Shown piece by piece: positions 7,919-15,857 of a stretch of 63,050 bases of DNA (position 1 is the first letter of the stretch; every line of letters begins with the position of its first letter). The DNA comes from a virus: the IMG/VR virus record IMGVR_UViG_3300045988_082360; one strand, 5' to 3'. The notes under the pieces were generated by a model. That model ran no database searches. It worked only from the letters and a program-made list of their open reading frames with translations, and was not told where the DNA came from. Made by a program: the position numbers and the translations under genes.

Positions 7919-9154
7919 CTATTTTATTTTTTCGATTTCTTCCTTCAGCCAGTCGAATTCTCGCTGGGTATAGACCTTTTCGGTGATGTCGGATATCTTG
8001 TGACCGACCATGTATTTGATTGCATATTCGTCAATACCGGCTTTCTTTGCGGCCGTGACAAAGTGCTTTCTTCCGTCGTGAGGACGATGCTCCGGGTTAA
8101 GATTAAGCTCGTCACGAATCATCTCAAAGCCGGCCTTATAGCGTTGATAGCTCATCATCACAGTCTTGCCGCTGCGCTTGTCTTTGCAGTTGAAGAGATA
8201 TGGGCTGCCGATTTCTTTGGCTTTATTGTAATGTCGCTCCACAAGGTAACGAATTTTTGAGTGGATAGGTACGACGCGGTCTTCACCAGCTTCGGTCTTG
8301 ATGCCGCCTTTGAAAGTGCCATTCTCAAGGTCTACATTGGCAAGCTCAATTAGGCCGAGCTCTTGTGGACGCCATCCAGAATAACATTGAATGAGTATCA
8401 CATCAACGAAATTCTTATCGTCGACATGCTCCCAGAGCTTTGATATTTCTTCGTCCGTAAAAGGTATGTGCTCTTTCTTGACTTTCTGGATCTCTTTGAT
8501 CGTTTCGTCAGTCAGCTTGAATGTGCGCGAGTAGTTTCTGTCGACGATCTCATATTCCAGAGCATAGTCAAGCATCAGGTTGAACAAGGACTTGATCTTG
8601 TTCTTCATGGATGCGCTGGCGTGCTGCTCTTTCCCTCTGACAGTGGCAACACCCTCATCCATGCAGCCTTTCACATGGCGGGCACGGACATCCATCACTC
8701 GCATATCGTAGACAGCCGAACAATACTTCCAAGCTGAAGTAACGGCTCGTGAACTGCCATCCGATTTGAGCGTCTTGAAATACTCTTCCGACCACTTGTC
8801 GTAAAGCTCTTTGACGGTGATCGCGGCGCCGAGGTCATAAGGATTCTTATTGTATTCCACGAGCGCTGCATATGCGTCATTATAAGTTGCAAAATATGAG
8901 TCAGGCTTGAGCGGTTTGCAAATTGGCTTGCCGTCCTGAGTCTTTCCAACCGTAACCATCGCCCGAAAGGGATTCCGAAGGTTGCGGTTTTTTATTTCGC
9001 TGATTTGGCCAAACCCGTTCGGGAGGCGTCTTCGTTTATTGTTTTTGGCTCTCGGTTTTCGCTTTACTGACGGCTTCATTGGATAGCCGCAATGAGGGCA
9101 AGCCGGAGCCTTGTCGCTTACCTGCAATTCGCATTCAGGGCATTTTACAAGCAT
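7919..9154 (-). CDS. int: tyrosine recombinase / integrase with N-terminal zinc ribbon
   Basis: Motifs: CPECELQVSDKAPACPHCG; SGWRPQEL (Arg); HRPHDGRKHF (HxxR); VGHKISDITEKVYTQ (His, Tyr). GGAGG lies 8 nt before ATG 9154. The ORF is open up to 9193. Confidence 0.85.
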   Translation of the reverse strand: MLVKCPECELQVSDKAPACPHCGYPMKPSVKRKPRAKNNKRRRLPNGFGQISEIKNRNLRNPFRAMVTVGKTQDGKPICKPLKPDSYFATYNDAYAALVEYNKNPYDLGAAITVKELYDKWSEEYFKTLKSDGSSRAVTSAWKYCSAVYDMRVMDVRARHVKGCMDEGVATVRGKEQHASASMKNKIKSLFNLMLDYALEYEIVDRNYSRTFKLTDETIKEIQKVKKEHIPFTDEEISKLWEHVDDKNFVDVILIQCYSGWRPQELGLIELANVDLENGTFKGGIKTEAGEDRVVPIHSKIRYLVERHYNKAKEIGSPYLFNCKDKRSGKTVMMSYQRYKAGFEMIRDELNLNPEHRPHDGRKHFVTAAKKAGIDEYAIKYMVGHKISDITEKVYTQREFDWLKEEIEKIK

Positions 9155-9200
9155 TAGTTGCACCTCCATAGTTGATTTGTCCTTTGTAATCATATATTAT

Positions 9201-9230
9201 GGTGTAGGAGTTGTCAAGATATTCCTACAC
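9201..9230. promoter_or_regulatory. operator-like inverted repeat GTGTAGGA-N13-TCCTACAC in the int / early divergent region
   Basis: It lies between the int start and the first + strand gene, and TTGTCA lies inside the spacer. Confidence 0.45.
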
Positions 9231-9248
9231 TTTATTTTTGATGGAGCG

Positions 9249-9590
9249 ATGTATATGATTACAAATGATGTATCAACCTGCCCCAAATGCGGCGGCGATT
9301 TGAAATACTATGACCGTGTTACTCGGATTGTACGGACGAAAGGAAGAAAGACCTGGAAGATCCCCATGCGGAGGCTTCAATGCACTCGCTGCGGTTCCGT
9401 ACATAGAGAGCTTCCCGAACTGATATTTCCGTACAAACAGTACGAGGCTGAAGTTATCATCGGTGTTTTGGAGGGCTTCATCACCTGCGAAACCATCGGC
9501 TTTGAGGACTATCCCTGCGAAATGACGATGGTCCGATGGCAAGCTCAGGACTGGACCACCGAGGTTGTTTTAACAAAGCGCAGTTGCTAA
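9249..9590 (+). CDS. zinc-ribbon protein
   Basis: It has CPKCGG...CTRCGS Cys4 pairs and is the first + strand gene after the divergent region. Confidence 0.5.
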   Translation: MYMITNDVSTCPKCGGDLKYYDRVTRIVRTKGRKTWKIPMRRLQCTRCGSVHRELPELIFPYKQYEAEVIIGVLEGFITCETIGFEDYPCEMTMVRWQAQDWTTEVVLTKRSC

Positions 9591-9623
9591 CTTAGAATAG
9601 CCGTTGAAAGGAGGTAAACGCCA

Positions 9624-9875
9624 ATGAACGAGCAAGAGTTCCCTCAGGGGTCTGTCCCCGTGGCTGTTGCGGCCCGTGTGTATGGCAAAGATGCTTCATG
9701 GGTTCGTGCCGGCATTGTCTCAGGGTGGCTCCCGATTGGCAAAGCCACTCGCAGCGGAAAATTAGTCACAACCATCGAGGAGATGGATTCACGCTATGGC
9801 CGTATCAACTTTTACATCTCCCCAAAGCGTCTCTACGAGGAGACAGGATTTTTATGGAAAGGAGAACGACAATAA
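9624..9875 (+). CDS. small HTH protein (excisionase/AlpA-like)
   Basis: The segment VAVAARVYGKDASWVRAGIVSGWLPIGKA resembles the excisionase-family HTH pattern. RBS AAAGGAGG is upstream. Confidence 0.4.
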   Translation: MNEQEFPQGSVPVAVAARVYGKDASWVRAGIVSGWLPIGKATRSGKLVTTIEEMDSRYGRINFYISPKRLYEETGFLWKGERQ

Positions 9876-10297
9876 TGGCAACGGAAATCCGTCCGGAGCT
9901 GTCTGAGAAAAATCCGTACTGGATTGGCAAGCACCGGTATTACGAGCTAAAGCATTTCTGCCTCCAGTATCCGATCTGGAAGAAAGCCTATAATGCCCTG
10001 CTTGGCCTGAGCAGCCGTCCGAACGACCTTGATATTTTTGTCAAGAGTGGCCAAGTACGGAGCGATCCAACTGCAAGGTGTGCGGAATCTCGCGTATCCT
10101 TTGCCAAACGGATGGAACTGGTCGAGCAAGCTGCCATTGGTACGGACGGTGACCTCTATCCTTATATTTTGCGAGGGGTCACAGAGGGTATGTCCTACAA
10201 TGCCTTGAAAATGCAGTACGCCATTCCATGTTGCCGCGAGGTCTACTACAACTTGTATCGACGATTCTTCTGGCTGCTGAGTAAGGAGCGTGATTGA
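9875..10297 (+). CDS. sigma-70 region-4-like / ArpU-type transcription regulator
   Basis: The C-terminus GVTEGMSYNALKMQYAIPCCREVYYNLYRRFFWLL resembles the sigma r4 / ArpU-family HTH. The gene is about 140 aa. Confidence 0.4.
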   Translation: MATEIRPELSEKNPYWIGKHRYYELKHFCLQYPIWKKAYNALLGLSSRPNDLDIFVKSGQVRSDPTARCAESRVSFAKRMELVEQAAIGTDGDLYPYILRGVTEGMSYNALKMQYAIPCCREVYYNLYRRFFWLLSKERD

Positions 10298-10298
10298 G

Positions 10299-10505
10299 AT
10301 GCGGATTGTGAATGTGGCGGTCAGACAATGCTACCGCTTCAACTGCCCGAATTGCGGGAGCAAGCTGGAAGCTGACAGTGACGAGCTGGTTGATGTCGGT
10401 GGAAAGACCAGTCGGTTCTGGTGTCCTGTCTGCCGAGAGGAAAGATACATTCCATGGTCTTCTTTGAGAAAACGGACGGTCTACGAGGACAGTTCCGCAG
10501 ATTAA
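10299..10505 (+). CDS. zinc-ribbon protein
   Basis: It has CPNCGS...CPVCRE pairs. Confidence 0.5.
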   Translation: MRIVNVAVRQCYRFNCPNCGSKLEADSDELVDVGGKTSRFWCPVCREERYIPWSSLRKRTVYEDSSAD

Positions 10506-10522
10506 GCAAACCCCTTTATGGA
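10495..10522 (+). promoter_or_regulatory. 28-nt conserved motif, copy A
   Basis: CCGCAGATTAAGCAAACCCCTTTATGGA. It overlaps the stop of the upstream gene, 16 nt before ATG 10538. Confidence 0.6.
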
Positions 10523-10537
10523 AAGGAGTGTTTTTCT

Positions 10538-10720
10538 ATGGACACTATGTTTGAAAATTTAGATTTTCGGTTTGATAAGGAAAATAACGACGAACGACCT
10601 TTTATGATTGCTTGTAAAGATCGAGAAATCATGGATGGGGAACGTTGGGTGTTGGTATCTTTATCGACCGATGAAGCAAAAAGATTACTCAAGTATCTTG
10701 AAGAACACATTGCAAAATAA
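10538..10720 (+). CDS. hypothetical protein
   Basis: AAGGAG lies 9 nt upstream of the start, and a terminator follows. Confidence 0.5.
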   Translation: MDTMFENLDFRFDKENNDERPFMIACKDREIMDGERWVLVSLSTDEAKRLLKYLEEHIAK

Positions 10721-10728
10721 AGAAGATT

Positions 10729-10757
10729 GAGCCGTTGTCAGCGGCTCTTTCTTTTTT
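10729..10757 (+). terminator. intrinsic terminator
   Basis: Stem GAGCCG...CGGCTC followed by TTTCTTTTTT. Confidence 0.7.
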
Positions 10758-10854
10758 ATATTTTCCGGCACGCGGGTAACTGGATCAGATGCTAAATTGG
10801 TATCTGGAAAATTGCCCGGGGTAAAAATCTGAAAAATCATTTTGGAGGTATGAC

Positions 10855-11082
10855 ATGGAACTCATCATTGGCATTGCTGTCGGCATTATCATCGGGCTTG
10901 TAGTCGGAACGCTTATATTTCGGCGAAGGTATATTCCCGTCGGCGATCTTCGGATCGACCGTTCTGACCCGACGAGCGAACCATTTCTGTTTCTCGAATT
11001 AGGCACAGATGTGCGAACTATTTCTGGTATGAAAACCGTCACACTCAGCGTTCGCAACGAGAATTTCCTCCCGCACGAATAA
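10855..11082 (+). CDS. small membrane protein
   Basis: N-terminal TM helix ELIIGIAVGIIIGLVVGTLIF. RBS TGGAGG is upstream. Confidence 0.5.
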   Translation: MELIIGIAVGIIIGLVVGTLIFRRRYIPVGDLRIDRSDPTSEPFLFLELGTDVRTISGMKTVTLSVRNENFLPHE

Positions 11083-11098
11083 CACCCCCTATTATGGA
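11071..11098 (+). promoter_or_regulatory. 28-nt conserved motif, copy B
   Basis: CCGCACGAATAACACCCCCTATTATGGA. It overlaps the stop codon at 11080-11082. Confidence 0.6.
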
Positions 11099-11126
11099 GT
11101 CAACTTATTGAAAGGAGAAATGCAAT

Positions 11127-11537
11127 ATGGCAGAAATCAAGAAATTGCTGGATGATGCAATCGAAACCGAGATCAACAATCTCAACTCGGCATCTGACAA
11201 AGACGAGAAATCGGAGGTCATCAAGAACCTTGCAGCACTGCACAAGCTCCGTATCGAAGAGATCAAAACGGAAACTGAAATCGAGGAAAAGTCGGAGCGT
11301 CGGGCCATGGATAAAGCTGCCCATGACGAAGACGCGACACTGAAAGCGTTTCAGCTTGACGAGAATACGCTCGATCGGTACGCGAAGATCGGCATTGCTG
11401 CGGCGGAACTTGTATTGCCGCTGATGTTCTACGGCGTTTGGATGAGTAGAGGACTGAGATTCGAGGAAACGGGGACATTTACATCCCAGACATTCAAGAA
11501 TCTGTTCAATCGCTTCAAGCCTACTCGAAAGAGTTGA
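11127..11537 (+). CDS. hypothetical protein (coiled coil plus C-terminal hydrophobic segment)
   Basis: RBS AAAGGAGAAA is upstream. The N-terminal half is charged and helical, followed by IGIAAAELVLPLMFYGVWM. Confidence 0.5.
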   Translation: MAEIKKLLDDAIETEINNLNSASDKDEKSEVIKNLAALHKLRIEEIKTETEIEEKSERRAMDKAAHDEDATLKAFQLDENTLDRYAKIGIAAAELVLPLMFYGVWMSRGLRFEETGTFTSQTFKNLFNRFKPTRKS

Positions 11538-11586
11538 GCCAACAGGCGTTGAGAGTCGTGTAAAAAACACGCTCTCTTCGCTTTTT

Positions 11587-11614
11587 TCGTAGATTTTGCA
11601 GGGCGCTTTATGGA
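11587..11614 (+). promoter_or_regulatory. 28-nt conserved motif, copy C
   Basis: TCGTAGATTTTGCAGGGCGCTTTATGGA, located after a T-run. Confidence 0.6.
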
Positions 11615-11702
11615 AAGGAGATACCTAAGAGCTCTTTATATCTCTCGACTTAATACCGGAGGTACTGTATAATAGCAGCTACTTCCAGATTAACAGGAGG
11701 TA

Positions 11703-12044
11703 ATGAAAGTGCGCAGAAAAGGTAGAAAGGTTGTTAAACCGGCAGGTAGTGAATTGATGGACTACCTGAATAAGGGATACGCCATCTGCAACAAGTGCGG
11801 AGCGGTGATGGATCGGAAAGAAGATCCCGAAGGCGGATGCGATATTTATGCCTGCCCGTCCTGTGGATGGGAAATTGAGGAATTGGATTATGAGTACGAG
11901 AGCGCAGATGAAATGGAACTCGGACTCGATGAAAGAGGCGACGAGTATCTGATCTTCAGGGATGACATGCCGCCCGCAGGTTGTAAAGCTTGCGGTGGTC
12001 CCTACCCTTACTGCAAAGCGTCATGCAAAATGTTTGACGACTAA
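11703..12044 (+). CDS. Cys-rich zinc-finger protein
   Basis: It has CNKCGA...CPSCGW and CKACGG...CKASC pairs. RBS CAGGAGG is upstream. Confidence 0.5.
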   Translation: MKVRRKGRKVVKPAGSELMDYLNKGYAICNKCGAVMDRKEDPEGGCDIYACPSCGWEIEELDYEYESADEMELGLDERGDEYLIFRDDMPPAGCKACGGPYPYCKASCKMFDD

Positions 12045-12060
12045 AGCATTATCAACGGAG

Positions 12061-12095
12061 GAAAGTCCTGTAACAGGGGCTTTCTTCTTTTTGTT
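12061..12095 (+). terminator. intrinsic terminator (imperfect stem)
   Basis: Stem GAAAGTCCTG...CAGGGGCTTTC followed by TTCTTTTTGTTTT. Confidence 0.5.
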
Positions 12096-12107
12096 TTGGA
12101 GATAAAG

Positions 12108-12467
12108 ATGCGATACCACTATGAAAAGCCTACAATTTATCTGTCGATGTACGGAAAGCGTTATATTTGCGACCATCCGGTCTACGATAGCTGCACACTG
12201 TTTGAAATCGGAGATAAAGGCCTTGCCGTGATCCAACAGCGGTATGATGCCGAAACCAAGTCCACATTCTGGACAGAGGTGGATGCATGGCTGACCGATG
12301 CCCTCTATGTTCACCCGAAATTCAAGGAATTCTTTGATGAACGAGCCGGAACTTGTACGGACGGGCTCTGGCCCACCGTAACGATTCGGCAAATCATGTG
12401 GGCGCTGAAAATGAAGCCTTTGCAAAAGCAGCGTTGGGAAACGGTCTTCGACCGCCGTGATATTTAG
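12108..12467 (+). CDS. hypothetical protein
   Basis: GGAG lies 6 nt before ATG 12108. Confidence 0.5.
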   Translation: MRYHYEKPTIYLSMYGKRYICDHPVYDSCTLFEIGDKGLAVIQQRYDAETKSTFWTEVDAWLTDALYVHPKFKEFFDERAGTCTDGLWPTVTIRQIMWALKMKPLQKQRWETVFDRRDI

Positions 12468-12494
12468 CGCCAATCCAGCAGCCCCTATTATGGA
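12467..12494 (+). promoter_or_regulatory. 28-nt conserved motif, copy D (more divergent 5' half)
   Basis: GCGCCAATCCAGCAGCCCCTATTATGGA. Confidence 0.5.
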
Positions 12495-12523
12495 TACCAA
12501 TACCTATGAAAGGGGTTAGGAGT

Positions 12524-12739
12524 ATGGATGAGATGAAGATTCAATCGAAATTCATGACAGGACTTGTATCGAGGATCGTAAAGAAGGTACTTCGGACAAA
12601 ATTGGGCTGTGAAGTAGATATTCAGCTCAATGAGTTCCGGACGACAGTCATTGATGATAAGACTCATGTCCATCTGGATTTGGATGCGGACCTTACGAAA
12701 GAAGAACTTAACAAACTATTGAAGACTATTGGAATCTGA
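12524..12739 (+). CDS. hypothetical protein
   Basis: AGGAG lies before ATG 12524, and a terminator follows. Confidence 0.5.
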   Translation: MDEMKIQSKFMTGLVSRIVKKVLRTKLGCEVDIQLNEFRTTVIDDKTHVHLDLDADLTKEELNKLLKTIGI

Positions 12740-12745
12740 GGAATT

Positions 12746-12774
12746 GAGCCGTTTTATGCGGCTCTTTTCTTTTT
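12746..12774 (+). terminator. intrinsic terminator
   Basis: Stem GAGCCG-TTTTATG-CGGCTC followed by TTTTCTTTTT. Confidence 0.7.
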
Positions 12775-12802
12775 CCGCAGATTTTGCAACTCATATTATG
12801 GA
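12775..12802 (+). promoter_or_regulatory. 28-nt conserved motif, copy E, abutting the tRNA-like gene
   Basis: CCGCAGATTTTGCAACTCATATTATGGA. The tRNA-like acceptor stem starts 2 nt later. Confidence 0.6.
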
Positions 12803-12803
12803 G

Positions 12804-12877
12804 AAACAGTTAGCTCAGTGGTAGAGCGCTTCACAAAACCAGTGAAGAGGTGATCGGTTCGAGTCCGATACTGCTTC
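12804..12877 (+). tRNA. tRNA-like gene with an aberrant anticodon arm (identity undeterminable)
   Basis: It has a canonical D-arm (GCTC AGTGGTA GAGC), a 5-nt variable loop and a T-arm (ATCGG TTCGAGT CCGAT). The acceptor is 7 bp with one A-C mismatch. The anticodon arm is 19 nt (CTTCA-CAAAACCAG-TGAAG) with no T in the loop. No CCA is encoded. Confidence 0.5.
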
Positions 12878-12909
12878 TTTACTTTTTATTTTGGACGAAA
12901 GGAGAAAGC

Positions 12910-13239
12910 ATGAACATCGAGCAATTTGAACTGATCTTGTGCGACATGTACACCATGGATGCATGGTCGCCTCCGCTTCTCTGGAAGTGGAAAAAAGAGT
13001 TCAAGGAGGCAAGCACAAAACAGTGGGCGATCAGAGAGCTTGAGAACTACATTCGCAAGCGGCTCCATCATCGCTCCGATGGATCGGTCGACGAATTTAT
13101 CAGATTCACAAACGAGTTCGCCATGAAGATGGCTCGCTATTCAAATCACTCAGGAGAGAACCAAGAGATGCACGAGATCTTTCAAACTGCCAGTTCGGTC
13201 GCTGCTGATATTTTAGATCTCTTAAATGCAATGAAATGA
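12910..13239 (+). CDS. hypothetical protein, paralog family 1 (..QWAI.E..)
   Basis: RBS AAAGGAGAAAG is upstream. It shares the RWA/QWA-x-E-hydrophobic pattern and a C-terminal helix with the 14721 and 24962 ORFs. Confidence 0.5.
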   Translation: MNIEQFELILCDMYTMDAWSPPLLWKWKKEFKEASTKQWAIRELENYIRKRLHHRSDGSVDEFIRFTNEFAMKMARYSNHSGENQEMHEIFQTASSVAADILDLLNAMK

Positions 13240-13252
13240 AAGGAGAATTCAG

Positions 13253-13648
13253 ATGAAAGGCAAAAATCTTATTATGTGTGGGCTTTGTGCTTGTATCGGC
13301 TTTATTGGAGGTGAAGTCAGAGTATATCACAAAGTTCTCAACGAACTACGGACCATGAAACGCCCAAAGGTTACCTATATGGACTACTATGATAAGAGGC
13401 AACGACGGGTAGATAGATGCGTCTTTCAAAATCGCGCTGAGGCAGAAAAAGTTCTGGAAGAAATGATAAAGATTATCGAGAACTACGGGAGTGTTTCTCT
13501 GGCCGATTATTATGACTTATGCGGTGTTAAATGCGATTACACGGATGAACATTACGGTTTTGTCAGCAACGATGAACTTAAGAAAACGAAGATCGTTCGA
13601 TGCAACAATGGTTACACCCATGAATTTTCCAAAGTTATGAGGATTTAA
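13253..13648 (+). CDS. hypothetical protein, paralog family 2 (C-terminal domain shared with the 16200 ORF)
   Basis: The pattern F.NR..AE.VL..M..II..YG.VSLADYYDLCG...DY.D..YG matches FDNRGDADLVLDQLESAIANYGMASVLDLYDLAG...YMADKYGW in the 16200 ORF. Confidence 0.5.
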   Translation: MKGKNLIMCGLCACIGFIGGEVRVYHKVLNELRTMKRPKVTYMDYYDKRQRRVDRCVFQNRAEAEKVLEEMIKIIENYGSVSLADYYDLCGVKCDYTDEHYGFVSNDELKKTKIVRCNNGYTHEFSKVMRI

Positions 13649-13668
13649 GAGTCTAAAGGAGGATACCG

Positions 13669-14475
13669 ATGAAACTCGACCTTAAGATCGGGAGGAGCTT
13701 GAAGAAAGCATCTCCCACCATTCTGACATGTATTGGAGCCGCTGGCGTTGTGGCAACCGCGGTTCTGGCTGTCAAGGCAACCCCGAAAGCGGATAGTCTT
13801 ATCAAGGCTGACAGCAGGAGAAATCACGATGGCGACCCTTATGCTGCAACAAAGCTCGAAGCCGTCAAATCATGCTGGAAATGCTACATACCGGCTGCGG
13901 CCACTGGCGTCGCTACGATAATCTGCATCTTTGGAGCGAATACCCTCAATAAGAAGCAGCAGGCGTCTCTTGCCAGCGCCTATGCGCTCGTAAACCGATC
14001 CTATTCTGACTATAAGCATAAATTGAAAGAACTGTATGGCGAAGATGCTCACAAGAAGATCATGGAGTCCATCGCCGCAGAGAAAAGCAGTATGCCTCCT
14101 ATTACGGCTACTGGAGGCTTCTCCAATTCATCTTTGGAGTTTGAAGATGCCAACGAGGAGCAGCGACTCTTCTACGACAGCTTCTCCAAAAGATATTTTC
14201 AGGCAACCATAAGCCAAGTCCTGCAAGCAGAATATCACATCAACAGGAATATGGTTCTCGGCGCGTTCGTAACTCTGAACGATTTCTACGACTTCCTTGG
14301 AATAAGCCATGTCGAAGGCGGAGATGTTGTTGGCTGGTTGCTGTCTGATGGCATGTACTGGATCGACTTCGATAACTCGAAAGCTATGGTTGATGATGGA
14401 CTGAACGGAGAGATTCCGTGTTATGTCGTCGATGCTGAGTTCGGCCCTCAACCAGAATCTGCGTGGGATTATTGA
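13669..14475 (+). CDS. membrane protein, paralog family 3 (copy 1 of 3)
   Basis: It has an N-terminal TM (SPTILTCIGAAGVVATAVLAVKATPKA) and a second TM (CYIPAAATGVATIICIFGA). The C-terminus contains LNDFYDFLGI. It is paralogous to the 15022 and 16965 ORFs. Confidence 0.6.
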   Translation: MKLDLKIGRSLKKASPTILTCIGAAGVVATAVLAVKATPKADSLIKADSRRNHDGDPYAATKLEAVKSCWKCYIPAAATGVATIICIFGANTLNKKQQASLASAYALVNRSYSDYKHKLKELYGEDAHKKIMESIAAEKSSMPPITATGGFSNSSLEFEDANEEQRLFYDSFSKRYFQATISQVLQAEYHINRNMVLGAFVTLNDFYDFLGISHVEGGDVVGWLLSDGMYWIDFDNSKAMVDDGLNGEIPCYVVDAEFGPQPESAWDY

Positions 14476-14479
14476 TTTC

Positions 14480-14507
14480 CCGCAAAAACTACATCGCCTA
14501 TTATGGA
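14480..14507 (+). promoter_or_regulatory. 28-nt conserved motif, copy F
   Basis: CCGCAAAAACTACATCGCCTATTATGGA. Confidence 0.6.
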
Positions 14508-14523
14508 AAGGAGGTCATGCTTT

Positions 14524-14688
14524 ATGAACCAGAGAAATATCTTTAAGCTGCTGTCCCTTGCGGGAGTCGTCCTTGGCGGGATCGGAACATTGTTATCCGG
14601 CTGGGCCGACAACAAGGAGCAGGAAGCAATTATCGAGGAGAAGGTCAACGAAGCACTTGCTGCCAGAAACGAAGAGGAAGAGTCCTAA
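14524..14688 (+). CDS. small membrane protein
   Basis: GGAGG lies 9 nt before ATG 14524. TM helix LLSLAGVVLGGIGTLLSGW followed by an acidic tail. Confidence 0.5.
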   Translation: MNQRNIFKLLSLAGVVLGGIGTLLSGWADNKEQEAIIEEKVNEALAARNEEEES

Positions 14689-14720
14689 ACAGGGTTCTTC
14701 TCTTTTTTCGAGGTGAACTC

Positions 14721-15089
14721 ATGACAAATGATACGGTCGTACAAGCACTTCTTGACTATCTCAACGAATCGGATGAACCCGAAATCTATTGGCCACGCCA
14801 TCACTTTGAAGAATCTTGCTTTTCGAGATGGGCGGCATGGGAGATGATCGAGGCAATTTTAGACCATCCATTCGATGATCCGGAAGATGTGATCGAGGAG
14901 TTCACCATGAAAATGGTGATTTTCTCATCTATCGCAGATGGTACGGATGAAGGACTGATATTTTCGATTGCCGCTGATTTCGCCGATGAATGCTTAACAC
15001 TATTTAGAGAGGAGAACTCAAATGACAAAACAAACCATTATCGAGGCGTTGAAAAACGCCCAGAAGTCAATGAAAAAGCACAGCCCTGA
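14721..15089 (+). CDS. hypothetical protein, paralog family 1
   Basis: It contains SRWAAWEMIEAILDHP...IFSIAADFADECLTLF. Its 3' end overlaps the next gene by 68 nt. Confidence 0.5.
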   Translation: MTNDTVVQALLDYLNESDEPEIYWPRHHFEESCFSRWAAWEMIEAILDHPFDDPEDVIEEFTMKMVIFSSIADGTDEGLIFSIAADFADECLTLFREENSNDKTNHYRGVEKRPEVNEKAQP

Positions 15090-15786
15090 GATCCTCACCG
15101 GCATCGGAATTGCCGGGATGATCGCCACCACTGTATCCGCCGTTCGAGCAACGCCAAAGGCTTTGCAACTCATCGACGCCAGAGAAATCAAAGAAAACCG
15201 GCGTCTGAGCAACAAGGAGATCATTGCCACCACATGGAAGTGCTATGTTCCGGCTGCTGTTACAGGGGTGCTGTCCACAGCCTGCCTTGTAGGCGCCAGC
15301 TCTGCAAATCTTCGCCGCAACACTGCTCTTGCAACGGCTTATTCCATCTCCGAAACGGCTCTCAAGGAGTACAAAGAGAAGGCTGTTGAGGTAGTCGGCG
15401 AGAAAAAAGAGCAGGCGATCCGTGATGCAGTTGCCAAGGAGACGCTCACGAAACACCCTCTTGGCGAACGCGAGGTCATCATTACCGGAGGTGGTGATAT
15501 TCTCTGCTTCGACCCCCTTACAAACCGATATTTCAAGTCCGATCGCGACCGCCTGATGCGTGCTATGAATGAACTGAACAAACGAATGCGCGACGAGATG
15601 CGTGTTTCGCTGAATGATTTCTACGATGAGATCGGTCTGAGCGAGGCTGAGGTCGGAGAGCATCTCGGGTGGGACATTGACAACGGAAAAGGCTACATAG
15701 ACCTCGATTTCAGCACACAGTTGGCTGATGATGGAACGCCTTGCCTTGTCGTCGGTCATAACCACCCGCCTATTTACCTTTGGTAA
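15022..15786 (+). CDS. membrane protein, paralog family 3 (copy 2 of 3)
   Basis: It contains SPEILTGIGIAGMIATTVSAVRATPKA, CYVPAAVTGVLSTACLVGA and LNDFYDEIGL. Confidence 0.6.
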   Translation: MTKQTIIEALKNAQKSMKKHSPEILTGIGIAGMIATTVSAVRATPKALQLIDAREIKENRRLSNKEIIATTWKCYVPAAVTGVLSTACLVGASSANLRRNTALATAYSISETALKEYKEKAVEVVGEKKEQAIRDAVAKETLTKHPLGEREVIITGGGDILCFDPLTNRYFKSDRDRLMRAMNELNKRMRDEMRVSLNDFYDEIGLSEAEVGEHLGWDIDNGKGYIDLDFSTQLADDGTPCLVVGHNHPPIYLW

Positions 15787-15814
15787 GCGCAGATTTTGCA
15801 TCTCCTATTATGGA
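15787..15814 (+). promoter_or_regulatory. 28-nt conserved motif, copy G
   Basis: GCGCAGATTTTGCATCTCCTATTATGGA. Confidence 0.6.
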
Positions 15815-15857
15815 GAACCAAACAACAAAAATTACTTTTGAAAAGGAGAATTTTACT

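Noticed and set aside
9851-9864. TTTATGGAAAGGAG inside the 3' end of the 9624 ORF as a tenth copy of the 28-nt motif. The weak match at 33187-33214 raises the same question.
   Set aside because: At 9831-9858 only the 3' third matches, and that part doubles as the SD context of the 9875 gene. The CGCA and CA boxes are absent. The 33187 copy keeps GCGCAAAAA and a TTTTATTTTG block but lacks TTATGGA, so it is listed only as degenerate.
12804-12877. The tRNA-like sequence as the attP core (a phage copy of the 3' part of a host tRNA integration target).
   Set aside because: It is a full-length cloverleaf rather than a 3' fragment. It lies 3.6 kb from the integrase, inside a + strand transcription unit, and directly abuts a conserved motif copy.
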